Below are positions 14,730 through 25,200 of a stretch of DNA of 64,000 nucleotides, piece by piece. The notes beneath the pieces are model-generated. The model was not told the origin of the DNA, ran no database searches, and was given only the letters and a program-made list of their open reading frames with translations. A program made the position numbers and the translations under genes. The stretch covers positions 79,982,001 to 80,046,000 of the forward strand of contig NC_045696.1 of assembly GCF_009834535.1 (NCBI RefSeq). Direction: 5' to 3'. How positions within the stretch are numbered: position 1 is the stretch's first letter; each line of letters starts with the position of its first letter. Origin of the DNA: Camelus ferus (Eukaryota).

Positions 14730-16700
14730 AAAACAGTGATAAAGGAAATTAAAGAGAACACAGATAAGCTGAAAGATATCCCATGTTACTAGATTGGAGG
14801 AATTAACATTGTTAAAATTGTCCACATAACCCAAAGTGATTCCCAGAATCAATGCAATCCCTGTTGAAATCCCAATCTCATTTTCTACAGAAAAAAAAAA
14901 ATCCTAAAATTCATATGGAACCATAAAAGATCCCTAATAGCCAAAGCATCTTGAGCAAGAAAACAAAGCTAGAGGCATCACACTTCCCCATTTCAAAATG
15001 TATTGCAAAGCTACAGTAATCAAAAGCGTATAGTTCTGGCAGAAAAACACACATGGAGACCAATGGAATAGAATAGAGAGTTCAGAAATAAACCTACAGT
15101 CAGCTGATCATCAACAAGGATGGCAAGAACATCCAATGGAGGAAGGATATTCTCTTTAATATACGGTGCTGGGAAAACAAGATATCCTTGTGCAAAAAAG
15201 TGAAATTAGACCTTTACCTTACACCACATAAAAGTCAACTTAAAATGTATTAAAGACTTAAAAGAAAGACATGAAACCATAAAACTCCTAGAAGAAAACA
15301 GGGAAAAAATTTTTGACAGTGGCCTGAGCAATAATTTTTTGGATACAACACCAAAAGCACAAGCAAGCAAAAATAAGTAAATGGAATTGCATTAAACTAA
15401 AAGGCTTCTGCACAGCAAAGAAAACAATCAACAGAGTGAAAACGCAACTTTTCTTGGAAGGAAATATTTGTAAGCCATATATCTGATAAGGGGTTAATAT
15501 CTATAACATATTAGGAATTCATACAGTGTAATAGCAAAAAAAACCAAATAACCCAATTTAAAAATGGACAAAGGACCAGAACAGACATTACTCAAAAGAA
15601 GACATACATATGACCAACAGGTATATAAAAAGATGCTCAACTTCACTAATCACCAGAGAAATGCAAATCAAAACCACAAATCTGTTAGAATGGTCATTAT
15701 CAGAAACAATAGGAATTGGTGAGCATATGGGAAAAAAAGAAAATCTTTGAAGTAGTGTCAGGGATGTAAATTGATGTAGCCGTTATGGAAAATGGTATGA
15801 AGTTTCCTCAAAAAATTAAAAATAGAGCTACCATATGATCCAGCAAGTCCACTACTGGGTATATATCCAAATAAATGAAATAAGTATCTCAAAAAAAAAA
15901 AAAAAAACCTGCATTCTCTTGTTCATTACAACATTATCACAATAACCAAAATGTGGAAACAACCTAAGTGTCCATTTATATTCAGTATCTTATAGTAATC
16001 TATGAAGAAAAAGAATATATGTATGTATATGTATGACTGAACTATTATGCTGTACACCAGAAATTGAGACAATATTGTAAACTGACTATACTTCAATTTA
16101 AAGAAATAAATAAAGTGAAAATGCAGAAAAAAGAAAAAAAAAGAAAGAAAAAAAGAAAATGTAGCATAAACTCCATACAGTGGAATATTACTCAGCCACA
16201 TAAAAGAAATCCTGCCATTTGCAACAACATGGAATGAACCTGGGGGACATGATGTTAAGTGAGATAAGCCAGACACAGAAACACAAATACTGTATGATCT
16301 CACTTATATGCAGAATGTCAAATACTCAGCAAACTCACAGAAGCAAAGAGTATAAATGGTGGTTACCAGGGGTAGGGGGAAGTGGGGAATGGGGAAGTGT
16401 TGGTCAGAGGGTACAAAGTTTCAGTTATACATAATGAATGAGCTTTGGAGATCTAATGTACAACAATGCGACTATAGTTAATAATTCTCTGTTGAATACT
16501 TGAAATTTGCTGAGAGAGTGGATCTTAAGTGCTCTCACTACAAAAAGAAAATGGTAACTATGCAAGATGACGGGTATGTTAACTAACTTGATTTTGGTGA
16601 TTATTTCATAATGTGTATGTATATCACATTATCAAGTTGTACACCTTAAATATATACAATTTTTAATTGTCTTTTATATCTCAAAAAAGCTGGAAAATTT
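14730..16700 (+). mobile_element. Old LINE-1 (L1MA-like): ORF2 3' part plus 3' UTR, degenerate
   Basis: Decayed ORF2 motifs (KEIKE...KDIPC...INIVK; DQWNRIE; ELPYDPA) with stops and frameshifts. Ends CTCAAAAAAGCTGGAAAA. Confidence 0.85.
15977..16155 (+). mobile_element. Young L1 3' fragment nested inside the older L1
   Basis: Interrupts the host L1 right after CCTAAGTGTCCATT. Contains TATGTATGACTGAAC...TGTACACCAGAAATTG...ACTATACTTCAAT and an A-rich tail. Confidence 0.75.
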
Positions 16701-17124
16701 TTAAATAGAAACTGCCTCCCCCAAAAGAATATAACTTGATTTAGCAGAAAGTGGTGAACTGAATCACTACAAACATTGCTCAAATATAAGCATCTTTCAC
16801 CCCATCCACAAATAATTTACTCAGACCCTTACCTTCTCCAAGTCTCTAAATAAATAAACTTTTATCAGCTATTCTGACTTTTAAGGTGCCTAATTCCTGG
16901 CATTAACCCTCTTGCAATTCCCTCAGCAACCTGTTCATGGTCCTAGAACTCGTCCTAATCTCTGGAAATCTAAACCACCTCCAGCTTTTAACTACCTTAG
17001 CTTTTAGTTACCTTAGCTTTTAATTTCAGAATTTCCTCAAAAAGAATAAACAGACAAGTCTGCTATTCTCACTTCTGGACGTATTCTTATGTTAAGTGTC
17101 GTCTGTGACACTCCACGTACAGTC

Positions 17125-17847
17125 TGTAACAGTTATTAAGCAAAATAAAGAAGAAAAGCTGAAACAGCCAGGCTACTTACCAAGGACCTTTAGAAGGTCT
17201 CCTCTAAATCCCTACTCTTCTTTCTGTCCTCACCAAGAGGATGTGGGAAGACGAATTAGAGGAAGAGAGCGGAAGCCGAAGACTGTGAGGCTCCAGACCA
17301 CGTACACACTTGCACCTCACAAGCACTTGCACCTGCGCCTCACAAGCACTTGCACCTGCGCCTCCCGCGACCTGCTCGTGAGCGGCGCCCCGAGACTGCG
17401 CATGTCTGCGGAGCATGCCCAGTTCCTTGCACCGGATGTGGGCGGATCACGGAGAGGATGCGCCTGCGGGCTGACCTGTGGGCTGGACCCGGGCAAGGGA
17501 AGCTCCTCACCCTTCCCTGTTCTTGGATTGTGCGCTCTGCCCACTGTTCCCTAGCCGTTTTCAAGGACGCAGGCTTGAGAGAGCGGTGTGGTGTTGAGAC
17601 CATCTGGACAGTGTACGTGACTGAACCCAGGTAAGGCCTCTGTAAGAACTGAGAATTTGGCGGGCAGGGACGGAGATCTCGTTGTGCAGCCGCCAAAGCA
17701 AGCCTCCTTTGTAAGCTTCCTTGCTCGTTAAACTCGCTACCTGCCAACCTGCAGTGATCTCCTCTTTTTTTTCGGTCTCTCTCTGCCCTCCGTGTATGGG
17801 GGCCAGTTTCAAATATCACAGGGGAAATTTGAGGTTGTGAACCAACA
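17125..17847 (+). promoter_or_regulatory. ERV 5' LTR, CpG-island-like
   Basis: About 30 CpGs by hand count in 17300-17800. Shares TGTTGAGACCATCTGGACAGT and CTGAACCCAGGTAA with the 3' LTR. Ends CA at 17846-17847, just before the PBS. Start approximate. Confidence 0.75.
17307..17363 (+). repeat. 23-bp tandem repeat in the LTR U3 (about 2.5 copies)
   Basis: CACAAGCACTTGCACCTGCGCCT exact at 17318-17340 and 17341-17363, with partial CACTTGCACCT at 17307-17317. Confidence 0.9.
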
Positions 17848-17849
17848 AT

Positions 17850-17867
17850 TGGTGAGTCAGCCAGGGG
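17850..17867 (+). other. Retroviral primer-binding site, tRNA-Arg type
   Basis: TGGTGAGTCAGCCAGGGG, 2 nt after the LTR end. 15/18 match to TGGCGAGCCAGCCAGGAG, the complement of the tRNA-Arg(ACG) 3' end as I recall it. Confidence 0.7.
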
Positions 17868-17876
17868 TCGGAAGAA

Positions 17877-20800
17877 ATGGGCCTTGGGAAAGAGGCATGG
17901 GGTGCGTAGGGGGGGGGGGGGTCTGAGATGGTCATTTATCTCTATGTGGGGAAGGGAGGCCTGTATGTTAGATGTTTGTGCACCGCCAAGTACCAGGACT
18001 CCGGGAAAAAGCCAGCTGCTTTCACGCATTTGATGAACTGCGCAAAGCGCACTGCAGTAAAGAAGGGAAATGAACGCTGCTGCCGTGGGCTGGCCACCGA
18101 TGACCAGCTAGAGGCTGAAGCTCAGGTTAGAAAGTTGGAAGAATAGATGAGGTTAGAAAAGGATGTGAAGTGTCCACTGCTCTGCTAGCTTCTGGGCTGG
18201 CAGACAAGGTGGATGAGCCAGATAGTAATTTGGAGACCTTAACACGCAGTTATCTGAAGCTAGGAAGTCTGAGCACTAATAACAGAGCCTGATTGGGACA
18301 CCAGAGGTAGAATCTCTGAGAAAGTGAGGAGTGCAAAAGGAGGATTTTGTGGCGATTGACAGTGAAACGGACAGAACGCCTCGTGCTGTCCAACCCCTAA
18401 AACAAAGGAAGCTGAAACCACAGCAACACGACCAGCCAGCAGTCCCCAGTTTGGGAAATGATGGGAGAGTATTCTCCCACTGAGTTTATTGGAATAGCTA
18501 CTAAGTTCTACCAAAAGGCCAGGGAAACTATCCAGGAATGGTTAGTGGGGCTCTGTTATATACAGGGGACAATGGCATTTCTCTGGGCAGGAGGAAGAGA
18601 AAATGAGCAACATCACAACAGACCCTGCCCTCCAGCAGCGCTGGCAAGGTGCTAGTTCAAGGAATTCATTCCTTGGACTATTGTAGTCTGCAGGGAGGTT
18701 TGGTCCAATGAAAGGGATCTCCCTAGGCATGTGGGACCCTAGAAATCTATAGAGGAGGTACAACAAATTCTCAGGGATTTGAGACAAGCCATCTACAACC
18801 CTGTCTTTGAAGGTCTTGATTGGGCCACATTCACTGCAGGAATCAAAGTCAAGATATTCCCATCCACCCCAGTACCTAGTATGGGAAACTGGTATCTATG
18901 TTGAGCCCAGTCATGGGAGGAGACATTTATGATATTGGGCGATCCATCACTGGTCTGGGGGAAACTGACATATCCTGGGAACAGGTACGGGTTGTGGGAA
19001 AGACTCAAGACAGGGAACTCAAGAAGCCAAAAAGCTTTTACAATCACCCGTAAAGGGTTTGGTAAAAGTAACCTAGAAACAAATGTGGTTTGGACTTGTT
19101 GCTGCAGGGGCTTCCCCTTAAAAGACAGGCAGGCAGCCCAACACTGTGTTGATCAGTGTGTTGAAAGCTTTAAACCCGAACAGTTCAAACCTGCCTCACC
19201 TGCCCCTACTATCTCTGATGCCCTGCTTACTCCAGCAGAAGCTTCAGGGATTCACACACCACCACCCCCCACTAACCCCAACCCCGGTATAAGATGCAAG
19301 CTAAGATTGCCTCCAGGTGAGGGCCATTGGTGCTGATCAAAGGAAGGCCTCATGTTGAGCTCCGATTGAGTGTTCCTCAGAAATAAACAAAAGATGATGG
19401 CTCTGGTTGACACTGGAACAAAATGTAATATAATGGTAACCCTCAGAAGTGGCCATTGATGGTTATGGAGGACAAATGGTTATGGTCAGAAAGATCCCTT
19501 TGGCACTGCAAATTGGGTGTTCTCTGCACTGGAATACAAGGGTTTTAATTTCTTCAATATCAGAGAACATATTGGACATTGGTAACCTACAAGGTCAAAT
19601 TCTGAAAACGTCTATCAGTGAATTCTACCTTCAGGTAGAGTAATCAAGCCAGTGCTGAGGGGAAATGCCAACTAAGAACCAGCTAGTCTACTGCCCCCTC
19701 TTAGAGTGGAAACTCGTACAATATAAATTACCAAGGACAGAAATTAAATAGGAGAAACTATCCAAGAACTGCACTGAGTGGGTATTGTATGTCCTCCCCA
19801 TAGTGCTTTCAACAGCCCAGTATGGCAGGTGTAAAAGGCAGATGGCTCATGGAGGGGTGACCAGGGACTACCAAGAATTGAACAAGGTAGTGCCCCCCCC
19901 CCCATCCATGCAGCTATGCTCAGCATTGCCACCATCTTAGATACCTTGGCCACTGCCATGCTGTACCAGACTTAGCAGATGCTTTTTTCAGTATAACCCT
20001 GGCCACTGAGTCACAAGATCATTTTGCCTTCATATGGGAAGGGTGACAATGGACCTTTAAGGAGCTTCCCCAAAATGACCAGCATAGCCCCACCAAATGT
20101 CATGGGATGGTAACTCGAGATCTGTCACTGTTACCTTTTTATGCATCAGTAAAATAAGCCCATTACCTTGATGATATAGTGTTAATGTGAATATTTGCCT
20201 CTGCCGCAGAATGCTCTGCAGGCTTCGCTGGAACATCTGCAAGGGAGAGGATGGCCAACAAACTCAGTGAAAATTCAAGGCCCAGACACCACCACCAAGT
20301 TTTGGGGAGTCGTTTAGCGGGATAAGACGTGACTTGTCCCAAAAGCTGTAATTGATAATGTGCAAACCTGTCTAACCCCTAAGAACAGAAATACAAGCAT
20401 TTAGGGCTTTAGGGGTTTGGGAAGACTTTTACTTCCCACCTGGCACAGTTCCTCTATCCCTTATACAACCTGGTAAGGAAAGGACGCATGTGAGACAGAG
20501 GATCAGAGCAGCAAGCTGCTGTTGAGAAGGCAACAATGCTAGTGAAAAAGATTTAAAGCCCTGGGCATCGTCTCCCACCGCTGGAGTTAGATGTGTCTGT
20601 GACTCCGTAAGGTGTGGGTTGGGTACTATGGCAGAGACAGTGGAAGGAGAGAGTAACCTGAAGATTTTGGTCCCAGCTCTGGGAGGAGGCAGAGACCTGA
20701 TAGACCCCAAAGAGCAAAAGCTACTGACAGTGTACACAGAGCTTCTCCAATTAGAGCCTCTTGCAGAGGAACAGCATATCATGGAAAAAATTTCTCTTCC

Positions 20801-21825
20801 TATTAGGGGGTGGGTTGAGAATATGGTCCATTGACCCACCTCTGCCATGGCTCAAACTCCCAGTTTGACTAAGTGACATGCTTATTTGCAGCAGAGGAAC
20901 TGTCTGCAGCCCACTGTCTCTAGAAATGCAGGTGCTAGTAGGCCCCATAGAGTATGTAGATCCTCTAAATGCCCCTGCCCCTGTTCTGGTGGCAGTCCTG
21001 CAGCCTGTAGGGAGGGAGGGGGGAAATTCCCACTGATGTCTGGTATACTGACGGGTCTAAAAGGGGCAAACAACTCATGCACATGGACTGCAGTCACTAT
21101 TCAACCCAACACTGACACCATCTCGATGAAAACAGGAATAAAATGCAGCAGCCAGTGGGCTAAATGCAGAGCTGTTTGGTGATCACTCAGGAGCCCTGAC
21201 TGTTGACTCTGCAGATGGTTGGGCTGTTCTAAAGGGATTAACCCTATGGCTTGGACAGTGGGACAATGAGGGGTGAATAATCATGAATAAGCCCTCACAG
21301 GGTCGGGATATGTGGGAAGACATTTGGGTTTGCTTCCAAGAGCCTAAGCTGTCCTGTCTCCCACTTCCCAGCTCATAAAGCACTTGACACTCCCTGGCAA
21401 TCAGGAAGCTGATTTCCTAGCTGGGATACAAGCCCTAGCAACTGACCCTTCAGTAGATACAGCAGACTGGGTATGGCCTGTTGCCAAGGATGCTGTATTG
21501 CTCCTGAAATACAGTGACTTGGTTAATGCAGTAACAGCATGTCCTGTGTGTTCTAAGCAATGCCTAAGGCAACTGCCAAAGGAGTCTGGGGCTGTCTACT
21601 GGGATCCTCAACTGGTGAGGGATGGGCAAACTGGTTACATTGACCCCCTCCCTCTGAGTGGTGGTTCTAAATATGCTTTGGATCTGTGTGGACACTGTGT
21701 CTGAGCTAATTTAAACTTTCCCCTGCCACTGCACAAACCAGGCTGCCACTGTTAGGGGATTAGAGAAATCGAGTAGCTTGTATGGGTACCATCATCGAAT
21801 AGAAAGTCACATTTCAAGGGTCATG
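17877..21825 (+). pseudogene. ERV gag-pro-pol, multiply disrupted
   Basis: Putative Gag start ATG-GGC (MG) at 17877. Protease ALVDTG 19400-19417. RT FNSPVW 19808-19825, DLADAFFSI from 19969, HYLDDI 20161-20178. RNase H WYTDGS 21041-21058. Integrase CPVC ~21540, YIDPLP ~21635, SHFKGHEV ~21807-21830. Many stops and frameshifts. Confidence 0.9.
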
Positions 21826-22222
21826 AGGTCATTGAGAGGATGTGACTGCTGTTGGACTTTTGAGCTGAACCCAGGAGTTAAAGGCTCCTCATCTCCTCCC
21901 CTGTCTTAGGGATGTACTTTTGCCTGCCATTTTCACAACCAGAACTGTTTTCAAGGACACAGCCTTGAGAGAGCACTGTGCTGTTGAGACCATCTGGACA
22001 GTACGCATTCCTGAACCCAGGTAAAGCCTCTATATAAAGTTTTAAGACTGGTGGGTGGGTGTGGAGACCTACTTGTCTTGAGGCCACCCAAGCTTGCTTA
22101 TTAAACTCACCACCTACCAGTCTGGAGTGACCTGCTTCCTTCTTTAGTCTCTCCTTGCCCTTGGTGTCCAGGGCCCAGTGTCTGATTTCACTCGGGGAAA
22201 TTACCAAGTTTACAGAACAACA
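21826..22222 (+). mobile_element. ERV 3' LTR, 5'-truncated
   Basis: Colinear with 17445-17847. TATATAAA at 22031-22038, ATTAAA at 22100-22105, terminal CA at 22221-22222. Confidence 0.85.
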
Positions 22223-25200
22223 CCCCAGCACCTGACTTTGGGGCTGACACAAAATAGGCACTCAATGAATGGTGGCTGAAGGAAGGGATGGAGAGAAGGA
22301 GAAAAGGGGAGGGGGAGAGGGGCAGCAAGACGGCAGGGCACTGACACCTGCCAGGCTCTGTGACTTGGGTGCAAGTTTGCCTCCACTTCTAGATTTTGAG
22401 CTTAAGAACAAAAACCATAATCTAGAATTATTTTGATACTCTCCCCACCAAAATGCCTAACACAGAATCAAACACATAGTGACCATTCAATAAATGTTCA
22501 CTAAATTGAATTTCTTCAGTGAAGTTAGACTGCTTTCTTCTTTCACTTTTAGGAAGGCTAATGTGTAGGTTACCAAACTTTTTAAAACCCACAGATTTTT
22601 GTAGATGGGTAACTTTTAAATTCAAAATTATAATGATTTCAGTAGTAGTAGTAGCACTATTCCTATTACTACTGCTACTGTTCCTACCTCTTTTGCCCCC
22701 TTAAAGATTCCCATGGGTAAAGAAGACTGAAGTCTTTCAAAGACCCATAGCTAAGGCAACCAGCCTTCACCTTCTCTCTAGCGCACCAGCAAGAACTAAT
22801 TCCCTACCTAGGGGCGGTGAACAGAAGCATTATCCCATCTAGAATGAGAAAACCGGGCCCTCGGGACGCAGAGGGCTTCGAAGCTGAGCCCGCTGAGGTA
22901 CATCAATTTGAGGAAGATTTAGATGCTCTACCCTGTGCTCTCTCTCTGTCAGAAATGCATCACACTGAGATGAGAAGGGAGCCTAGCAATGACAGCAAGC
23001 ATCGGGCATGAGGTCAGTTGGCATAATCTGTCCTAGATAATGTGAAGTATCAAGATGGCAACCAGGTCTCTGGAGCTGGCACACCTTATTAAGAACAAGA
23101 GATTAGAAAGAAGCTTTGCATTTAAAAACAGGTGGATTTCTCTTAATTTCTAGGGAAATTAGGAATGCCCAGATGCTGCTGCTAATCGAATTGACTTTCC
23201 TTACCTCGCGTACTGCAAGGTTGATGCTGTGTCATTTGTGCTTTATAAAACTCCAGAATCCTTCAGCTCTCTGATCAGTAACAGCCCAAGTAAACTGGAG
23301 CTGAAGAAGCTCCTTTGTCCACATATCCCACCATCGTCCACTTCCCCTCTTCTGCTCTGCACTGAGCACTCTCTGACTGAAAGGCAGTCATCCATAGAGT
23401 CCAGAAGGCCAACATGGGTAATGTGTTGTCTCCCTTTGCAAAATGAATGGAATCGCAAGCTATTACCCAATCTAGCAGCAAGCAGTTTTAAAGATCTTCA
23501 GCCAGCCTCCTAGGTGATAATCAATGCAAAGAATTCATTGATTAATTCAACAAACTTTCCCTAAGCATCCACGTTATATCAGGGATTAAGCTTTCAGAAG
23601 TGATGGACAGTTCATCACCAAGAGTTTATGATAAGAGGCCATGGGCCTGGAACTCCCATTCACTGAGGCCAGCAAAGTAGTTCTGTCAAAGGTAGGCTGT
23701 GCTATCTTCCTTCTCACACTGGCAAGACAGAAAGAGGATGCTCTGCAAAATGCCTGTAATGGACTTTGAAATAAGGTTTTCTAAATCTTGTGACTATCGT
23801 GTGAAAAGCCTATTCATATTTTGTTTTAATTTAGAATTAATTGATCATAGACAGATAGACACATATTTTTAATATTGTACAATTGTTAACCCTATTCTAG
23901 CATTTCTCCATTTGTAAATATACTGGATGCCTCAAAATGTAGAAATGGCTCTGGCATCTCTGAGAGTACAAATATTAAAGATAGGGTGAAACCATGGAAA
24001 TGACATCATCGTTTTCTAGCACTTAAATCATCACAAAATAACTACCCTTTACTTTTAAATCTCCACTAAAGGTTTCTTATTGACTCTCTTTATAATGGCA
24101 TGATGGCATTTCACTGTGGTTTGAAATTGTATTCTGCTGCACTTTAATCTAAATCCCTCCTGCATCAATTTCACTCCATTCTTTCTTGACCTATTGGTGT
24201 AAATAGAAAAAAAAAATCATTTACCATCTCTCATACTGGCTGTTCCTTACCTTTTTCGCAGTGTATGTGGACAAAGTACTTTGCTTAGCACAGATGCTGA
24301 ACAAATATTGCTCAGATTTAACCAATGAAATCAAGTGCATTTATATACCAAAAAAAAAAAAAAAATACATTGGCTATTGAGCAAACTACTTCTTCCAAGA
24401 CACTTTATGTATATTACTTTACAACATTCCTGTAAACTTGTTTTTATTATCCCCATTTACACAGCTGAAAAAACTGAGTCCTAGAGAGGCTCAGTATCTT
24501 GCCCTAGGTCACACAGCTAGTGAATTTTAGAATTGAGACTTTTGCCCAAGTCTGTCTGGCCTGAAAGCCCTGGTGTTGGCTTCAGGCTAGTAGGTCACGT
24601 CTCACCTTTGGTCCCAGGGTTGGATTTGACTGCTTTTAATTGCCGAGAGACTCCACATGCGCTTTCTAATTAAAACAGTTCTTAACCAGGAACAACTCTG
24701 CAGAGAATTTGAAAAAAACGAAGAGGAAATCTGGAGAGGTCAGAGCTTTGAAATGTTTTCTCATCATATTTCTTGAAAGTAATTGCTCAGAAAGATAAGG
24801 TAGTACTTACTTCCAGTAAAACTGTGACAGTCCCAGAAATGCTGACTCACTTGTAATGGGACATCATTCCTGGAACCATGACCCATATAAAGGGGCCTGT
24901 CAGAGCTCTAGCAGACATGAAAGGGCCTCTGTGATCCTGGAACCTCTTCTCCTTCACTTCAGTCAGAGTGTGCACAGGACACCATCTGTCAGCTTAAAGC
25001 TCACGTGAAACTGTAGTAGAGAACCCAGCATTACTCAGGTTGTCTCCTAAAATGTGTAGCTACCAGGACATTTTTTTCTTTAAAATGAACGAAATTTGAA
25101 ATGTGTCCTTTACTATTTTCATATTTCCTTTTTTGGATTATTTTACCCTGCTTCATTTCCCAGCAAGTCATTGTTACAGAGTTCTGCCCTAGATTAGAGC

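Larger units (their letters stand above)
17125..22222 (+). mobile_element. Decayed endogenous retrovirus, class III (ERVL/HERV-S-like): LTR-PBS-gag-pro-pol-(deletion)-LTR
   Basis: Two homologous LTR segments (17445-17847 vs 21826-22222) both end in ...AACA. A PBS follows the first, and pro/RT/RNaseH/IN motifs lie in order between them. The 5' boundary is uncertain (TGTAAC at 17125 is a guess) and no TSD was found. Confidence 0.9.

Noticed and set aside
17307..17363. CRISPR-like direct repeats
   Set aside because: Head-to-tail units with no spacers, inside a mammalian LTR, and no cas genes.
17340..18029. Longest ORF in the track (229 aa, minus strand) and overlapping ORFs
   Set aside because: Antisense to the GC-rich LTR/gag leader, with no recognisable domain. 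Stop-poor composition explains it.
22640..22682. (AGT)n/(ACT)n quasi-palindrome
   Set aside because: Low-complexity inverted microsatellite with no sign of a structured RNA.
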